Positions 59,241-64,000 of a DNA stretch of 64,000 bases are shown piece by piece. This DNA comes from an uncultured Gammaproteobacteria bacterium. Its GTDB lineage: Bacteria > Patescibacteriota > Patescibacteriia > UBA1558 > S5-K13. Every line of letters starts with the position of its first letter. Position 1 is the stretch's first letter. The translations under genes and the position numbers were made by a program. Under the pieces are notes generated by a model. It did no database searches and was not told the origin of the DNA. It saw only the letters and a list, made by a program, of their open reading frames with translations. The stretch covers positions 12,769 to 76,768 of the forward strand of contig CAYRHT010000004.1 of assembly GCA_964424195.1 (NCBI GenBank), read 5' to 3'.

Positions 59241-59639
59241 ATGAAGAATACAAAAGTAGAAGAAAAAAAACCAGTTGAAAAAAAGGAACCTAGCTCTGCT
59301 AAAGTCACGGCAGATAAGGAAACTCCAGAAGTTATTTCTAATAGAATTAGAATTAAGATCAAAGCCTATGACCATGTATTAATTGATCAATCAACTAAAA
59401 CTATTATTGATGTAGCTACTAGAAATGGAGCAAAGATTGTTGGACCAGTACCACTACCAACTAATACTAAAAAGTATACAGTATTAAAATCAACATTTGT
59501 TCACAAAGATTCTAGAGATCAATACGAGATGAGAATCCACAAAAGATTAATAGATATCCTAGAACCTAATAAAAAGATGATTGATTCTCTAATGAGTCTA
59601 GATCTACCAAATGGTGTTGACATTGAGATTAAGATGTGA
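59241..59639 (+). CDS. rpsJ: 30S ribosomal protein S10 with N-terminal extension
   Basis: RIRIKIKAYDH, GPVPLPT, HKDSRDQYEMRIHKR. Confidence 0.97.
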   Translation: MKNTKVEEKKPVEKKEPSSAKVTADKETPEVISNRIRIKIKAYDHVLIDQSTKTIIDVATRNGAKIVGPVPLPTNTKKYTVLKSTFVHKDSRDQYEMRIHKRLIDILEPNKKMIDSLMSLDLPNGVDIEIKM

Positions 59640-59673
59640 TAATCTATTATTGATTTAATATATATTTATATTT

Positions 59674-59846
59674 TGTTTATAAGTATAGAAAACCCTCTCA
59701 GGAGGAAGTGTCTATAGGAGTAAATGAGATAAGGAGACATTGAAATTCTTTAAAAATTCTGCCAATTTATTTATAAACAGCAGGATCGCAATCTCACTTT
59801 TTAACTTTAGAAATGCTAAAGCTGAGAAGTAAGGTTACGATTTTTT
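59674..59846 (+). promoter_or_regulatory. Structured intergenic element with terminator-like hairpin ahead of rplC
   Basis: 59674-59685 pairs with 59768-59779; long hairpin 59785-59841 plus T tract. Confidence 0.5.
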
Positions 59847-59870
59847 GTATTAAATAGGAAAATATAAAAT

Positions 59871-60722
59871 ATGAACTTTATTCTAGGAAAAAAAATAAGA
59901 ATGACTCAGATTTTTGCTGAAGATGGTGGATTAATTCCAGTTACAGAGATTAGTGTTGAACCAAATACAGTTTTAAGAGTTAAGGGTAAAGAAAAAGACG
60001 GGTATGAAGCCATTGTCTTAGCTTGTGGTACCCGAAATAAAATCAGAAAATCATTAGCGGGTCTTTTTAATAAAATGGGAAAATTTAGATATATTAAAGA
60101 ATTCAGAACAGAAGGACAAGAGATTACTTTAAAAACTGGAGATCAAATAGGTTTAGATAGTTTTAAAGTTGGAGACAAAATTAGAGCTACTGCTGTTTCT
60201 AAAGGTAAAGGATTTCAAGGTGTTGTTAAAAGACATGGTTTTCATGGTACAAACGAACAACATGGTAATAAAGATCAATCTAGGATGCCTGGTTCTATTG
60301 GTGCTACTGGTCCAGCTCATGTTTTTAAAGGAACTAAAATGGGTGGAAGAATGGGCGGAGATCAAGTTACTGTAACAAATCTAGAGATAATTAAAATTGA
60401 TTTAGATAATAATTTATTATATTTAAAAGGAGCTCTGGCTGGTGGAAGTAATGCTCTGGTAGCTGTTAAAGGCGAAGGCGAGCTTAAAGTTTATGAAAAA
60501 CCAGTCAAAGAAGAGACTCCTAAAGAAGAAATTAAAAAAGAAGATTCTACTCCAGAAATTAAAAAAGAAAAACCTGTTGAAGAAAAAAAGGAAGAAACTC
60601 CAAAAGAAGAAGTAAAATCTGAAAATAAGCCAGTTGAAGAGAAGAAAGAGAAAGAAGTTAAAGAAGAAGCTCCTAAAGAAGAGAAGAAGGCTGAAGAAGT
60701 TAAAGTTGAAGATAAAAAATAA
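59871..60722 (+). CDS. rplC: 50S ribosomal protein L3 with long charged C-terminal tail
   Basis: GKKIRMTQ, SKGKGFQGVVKRHGF, PGSIG. Confidence 0.98.
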   Translation: MNFILGKKIRMTQIFAEDGGLIPVTEISVEPNTVLRVKGKEKDGYEAIVLACGTRNKIRKSLAGLFNKMGKFRYIKEFRTEGQEITLKTGDQIGLDSFKVGDKIRATAVSKGKGFQGVVKRHGFHGTNEQHGNKDQSRMPGSIGATGPAHVFKGTKMGGRMGGDQVTVTNLEIIKIDLDNNLLYLKGALAGGSNALVAVKGEGELKVYEKPVKEETPKEEIKKEDSTPEIKKEKPVEEKKEETPKEEVKSENKPVEEKKEKEVKEEAPKEEKKAEEVKVEDKK

Positions 60723-60724
60723 TT

Positions 60725-61354
60725 ATGTTAAAAGCTAAAGTTTACAATTCAGAAGGAAAAGAGAGTGGAGAAATTAAATTAGATCCAAAAGTTTTTGATA
60801 TTGAAATTAAACCAGTTGTAGTTCAACAAGTTGTTGAAGCTCATGTTGCTAATAAGAGAAATGTTTTGGCTCATACTAAAGTTATGTCTGAAGTTCGAGG
60901 TGGTGGTAAAAAACCATGGAGACAAAAGGGAACAGGTAGAGCTAGACATGGTTCATCAAGATCTCCTATCTGGAAAGGCGGCGGAGTTACTTTTGGTCCA
61001 AGAAAAGATAGAAATTTTGCTAAGAAAGTTAATAAGAAAATGAAGGTTAAAGCATTATTTATGGTTTTAACTGATAAATTAAAGAATGAAAAATTAACAA
61101 TTATTGATGAAATTAAATTAGAGAACAGAAAAACTAAAGATTTATTAAAAATAGTTAAAAATGTAAAGTTAGCAGATCAGAAAGTTGTACTGGGATTAGG
61201 CAAGAAAGATACTAATGTTCAAGATTCTTCTAAAAATATAGAGAATATTAAAGTTATGCCTGCTGATAGTTTCAATGTCTATACATTGTTAAAGTATGAG
61301 AATTTAGTTTTAACTAAAGCAGCAGTTGAAAAAATAAGTAAACATTTTATTTAA
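60725..61354 (+). CDS. rplD: 50S ribosomal protein L4
   Basis: GGGKKPWRQKGTGRARHGS. Confidence 0.98.
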   Translation: MLKAKVYNSEGKESGEIKLDPKVFDIEIKPVVVQQVVEAHVANKRNVLAHTKVMSEVRGGGKKPWRQKGTGRARHGSSRSPIWKGGGVTFGPRKDRNFAKKVNKKMKVKALFMVLTDKLKNEKLTIIDEIKLENRKTKDLLKIVKNVKLADQKVVLGLGKKDTNVQDSSKNIENIKVMPADSFNVYTLLKYENLVLTKAAVEKISKHFI

Positions 61355-61358
61355 ACAT

Positions 61359-61850
61359 ATGGGAATTTTTAGTGTATTAAAACATAAAGACAAGAAAGAA
61401 AAGACTGATCAGAAAGATCAGAAAGTTTTAGATTCTAAAAAAGCTAAAGATTCTAAAGAAGAAAAAAAGAAAGAATTAACAGTTGCTGAAATTGCAGAGG
61501 ATAAAGATGAAAAAGGTAAAACTAAGAGTAAGAAATCTAAAGGTAAAGCAAATAAACACGATACTAAAGATGCTTACAAAGTTTTACTTCGAGCTTTAAT
61601 TACTGAAAAAGCATCATATTTAAAAGCAGAAAATAAATATTTATTTGAAGTTAATCCAGATACTAATAAGAATGAAATAAAGAAAGCTATTTTCCATGTT
61701 TATGGAGTTTGGCCAACTAAGATAAATGTATCAAATTTAGGTGGTAAGAATAAAAGATATGGTCGAAATACTGGAGTCACTAAGGCTAAAAAGAAAGCAA
61801 TAGTAACTTTAAAGAAAGGTGATACTATTGAATTATACGAAGGAGTTTAA
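61359..61850 (+). CDS. rplW: 50S ribosomal protein L23 with N-terminal extension
   Basis: ITEKA, NKNEIKKAI, KKAIVTLKKG. Confidence 0.96.
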   Translation: MGIFSVLKHKDKKEKTDQKDQKVLDSKKAKDSKEEKKKELTVAEIAEDKDEKGKTKSKKSKGKANKHDTKDAYKVLLRALITEKASYLKAENKYLFEVNPDTNKNEIKKAIFHVYGVWPTKINVSNLGGKNKRYGRNTGVTKAKKKAIVTLKKGDTIELYEGV

Positions 61851-61877
61851 ATTAAAAAGTTCAAATTTTAAAATAAT

Positions 61878-62723
61878 ATGGCAATAAAAGTTTACAAACC
61901 AACAACACCGGCCAGACGACACACTTCAGTGGCGATCGGTGAAAACGTGTCTAAAAAAAATAAGCCATTAAAGAAATTGACTGTTATTAGAAAACAGAAT
62001 GCTGGTAGAAATAATCAGGGTAGAATTACAATTAGACATCGTGGTGGTGGAGCAAAAAGATTTATTAGACAAGTTGATTTTAAAAGAGATAAATATGATA
62101 TTCCAGCAAAAGTTGAATCAGTTGAATATGATCCAAATAGAAATGCTCACATTGCTTTAGTATGCTATCAAGATGGTGAAAGAAGATATATTTTAGCAGC
62201 TGAAGGAATGAAAGCTGATCAAATGGTTATCAGTTCAAAAACAAAGTTAGAAGTTACTGACGGTAATAGATTCCCATTAACCTTAATTCCTAGTGGAATG
62301 ACAGTATATAATATTGAATTAAAACCAGAACAAGGTGGAAAGATTGTTAGAGGAGCTGGAGCTAGAGCTATGTTTATGGGAGTAGAAGGGAAATACGCTC
62401 AAATTAAATTACCTTCTAGTGAAATCAGATTAGTCCCTAAAGATTGTTTAGCAACTCTAGGACAAGTATCAAATGCAGAATATAGAAATATCAGATGGGG
62501 TAAAGCTGGAAGAATGAGACATAGAGGTATTAGACCAACTGTTAGAGGAAAAGCTATGAACCCTTGTGATCATCCACATGGTGGCGGTGAAGGAAGACAA
62601 CCTATTGGTATGAAACATCCTAAGACTCCTTGGGGAAAACCAGCATTAGGTGTAAAAACAAGAAAGAAAACAAAATATAGCGATGATTTAATACTAAATA
62701 GAAGAAAAAAGAGAAAGAAATAA
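61878..62723 (+). CDS. rplB: 50S ribosomal protein L2
   Basis: GRNNQGRIT, EYDPNR, DHPHGGGEG. Confidence 0.99.
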   Translation: MAIKVYKPTTPARRHTSVAIGENVSKKNKPLKKLTVIRKQNAGRNNQGRITIRHRGGGAKRFIRQVDFKRDKYDIPAKVESVEYDPNRNAHIALVCYQDGERRYILAAEGMKADQMVISSKTKLEVTDGNRFPLTLIPSGMTVYNIELKPEQGGKIVRGAGARAMFMGVEGKYAQIKLPSSEIRLVPKDCLATLGQVSNAEYRNIRWGKAGRMRHRGIRPTVRGKAMNPCDHPHGGGEGRQPIGMKHPKTPWGKPALGVKTRKKTKYSDDLILNRRKKRKK

Positions 62724-62743
62724 GAACAATATAATTAAAATAT

Positions 62744-63028
62744 ATGTCAAGAAGTTTAAAAAAATTACCATTTACATGTCCCAAGCTATTAAAGAAATTA
62801 GTTAATGTTAAGCCTGGGGATAAAAAATCAATGGTCAAAACTTGGTCTAGAAGATCTACTATTACTCCAGAAATGATTGGTCATACTATCTATGTCCATA
62901 ATGGAAAAGATCATTTACCAGTTTTCGTAGTAGAAAACATGGTTGGTCATAAATTAGGAGAATTTTCACCAACTAGAAAGTTTGTTGGTCATGGTGGTAA
63001 AATGGCTAAGACTGTAGAAAAAAGTTAA
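62744..63028 (+). CDS. rpsS: 30S ribosomal protein S19
   Basis: [22 protein letters not shown]. Confidence 0.98.
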   Translation: MSRSLKKLPFTCPKLLKKLVNVKPGDKKSMVKTWSRRSTITPEMIGHTIYVHNGKDHLPVFVVENMVGHKLGEFSPTRKFVGHGGKMAKTVEKS

Positions 63029-63056
63029 TTAAAAAGTATAAATTTAAAATAGTAAT

Positions 63057-63587
63057 ATGAAAGTAAAAGCAAAATTAAGACATTATCACGTTGCCCCTCG
63101 GAAAGTTCGTTTAATTATTGATCTAATACGTGGTTTAGACGTTGATAAAGCTTTTGAACAATTAAGTTCTCAAAGTAAAAGATGTGTTCCAGCTATTGAT
63201 AAGCTTTTAAATTCAGCAATTGCTAATGCTGTTAATAATTTTAAGTTAGAAAGAGATAATTTATACATTGAAGAAGGTTTCGTTGATCAAGGTCCAGTTT
63301 TAAAGAGATGGAAACCAAGAGCTCATGGAAGAGCTGGTAGAATTTTAAAGAAAACTAGTCACATTACTTTAATCTTAGGAGAAAGAGTGCCTAGTGATGA
63401 TCAGAAGAAAAAAGATGATTCTACTAAAGAGAAAAAAGAAATTAAAACTAAAAAAGTTGATATTAAAGATATAAAGAAAGCTAGTGGGAACTTTAAAGGT
63501 GATAGTAAATTAGAAGGTTCTGACAAAGCTAAGGGAAAACAATCTAAAACAACTAAATCTTTCATTAGAAAGACAGGAGATAAATAA
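63057..63587 (+). CDS. rplV: 50S ribosomal protein L22 with C-terminal extension
   Basis: PRKVRL, SAIANA, PRAHGRA. Confidence 0.97.
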   Translation: MKVKAKLRHYHVAPRKVRLIIDLIRGLDVDKAFEQLSSQSKRCVPAIDKLLNSAIANAVNNFKLERDNLYIEEGFVDQGPVLKRWKPRAHGRAGRILKKTSHITLILGERVPSDDQKKKDDSTKEKKEIKTKKVDIKDIKKASGNFKGDSKLEGSDKAKGKQSKTTKSFIRKTGDK

Positions 63588-63588
63588 A

Positions 63589-64000
63589 ATGGGACAAAAA
63601 GTAAATCCAGTAGCATTTAGAATGGGAATGTCACAATCATGGAAATCTAAATGGTTCAGTGATAAAAATTATGTTGCTTATTTAAAACAAGATGTTTTAA
63701 TGAGAAGATATTTAAAGAAAAAGCTGAGAGATGCTGGTGTTTCTAGAATTGAAATTAAAAGATCTGCTGATGATATGACAGTTATTGTTTATTCTTCTCG
63801 CCCAGGTATTATTATTGGAAGAGGAGGTACTGGAATTGAAGATTTAAAGAAAGACTTAGTAAAGAGATTTGTAAAAGACCAAAAGAAATTGAAAATTTCA
63901 ATTGAAGAGATTAAAAAACCAATGCTTTCTTCAGGAATTGTTATGCAAAGTATAGTTGATCAAGTAGAAAAGAGAATGCCTTACAGAAAGGTAATGAAGA
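63589..64000 (+). CDS. rpsC: 30S ribosomal protein S3 (partial, runs off the window)
   Basis: MGQKVNPVAFRMG...WKSKWF...RPGIIIGRGG. Confidence 0.96.
   Translation, partial: MGQKVNPVAFRMGMSQSWKSKWFSDKNYVAYLKQDVLMRRYLKKKLRDAGVSRIEIKRSADDMTVIVYSSRPGIIIGRGGTGIEDLKKDLVKRFVKDQKKLKISIEEIKKPMLSSGIVMQSIVDQVEKRMPYRKVMK

Noticed and set aside
2209-63616. Many short antisense or alternate-frame ORFs inside core genes (e.g. 2883, 3297, 15121, 36531, 44022, 58801, 60169)
   Set aside because: Shadows of well-supported genes with no independent signals
1-64000. CRISPR array, rRNA, IS elements, prophage, UGA recoding
   Set aside because: No repeat-spacer periodicity, rRNA, transposase or phage core genes seen; TGA acts as a stop (e.g. 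rpsJ) and conserved genes are intact under code 11

Overview
AT-rich chromosomal segment of a small-genome bacterium, most likely Patescibacteria/CPR (inferred from AT-rich leaders that mostly lack a Shine-Dalgarno (SD) sequence, Lys/Glu-rich ribosomal-protein extensions, typical CPR surface proteins, and genetic code 11). Housekeeping content: rpsO-pnp, rlmN, murI, a type IV pilus cluster with upstream adhesins, rel, topA, folC, dprA, pth, der, rpmB, an interrupted str operon, the start of the S10 cluster, and two tRNAs. Main observations: (1) about 8 self-contained promoter-SD-orphan ORF-terminator cassettes inserted between SD-less core genes, four genes sharing GGAGGAAAAATG; (2) two stand-alone structured ncRNA candidates (about 370 nt behind DnaA boxes and ahead of a degenerate DnaA/Hda-like ORF; about 130 nt, 6S-like and carrying an anti-SD motif); (3) a non-canonical LexA-like repressor with four 12-bp operator repeats, divergent from xth-MazG-MATE; (4) EF-G with altered guanine-specificity motifs (NKIN, GDG); (5) a PilT that looks catalytically degenerate; (6) structured leaders at rplC, the RRM gene and rpsO. 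All calls are by eye, with no database searches.
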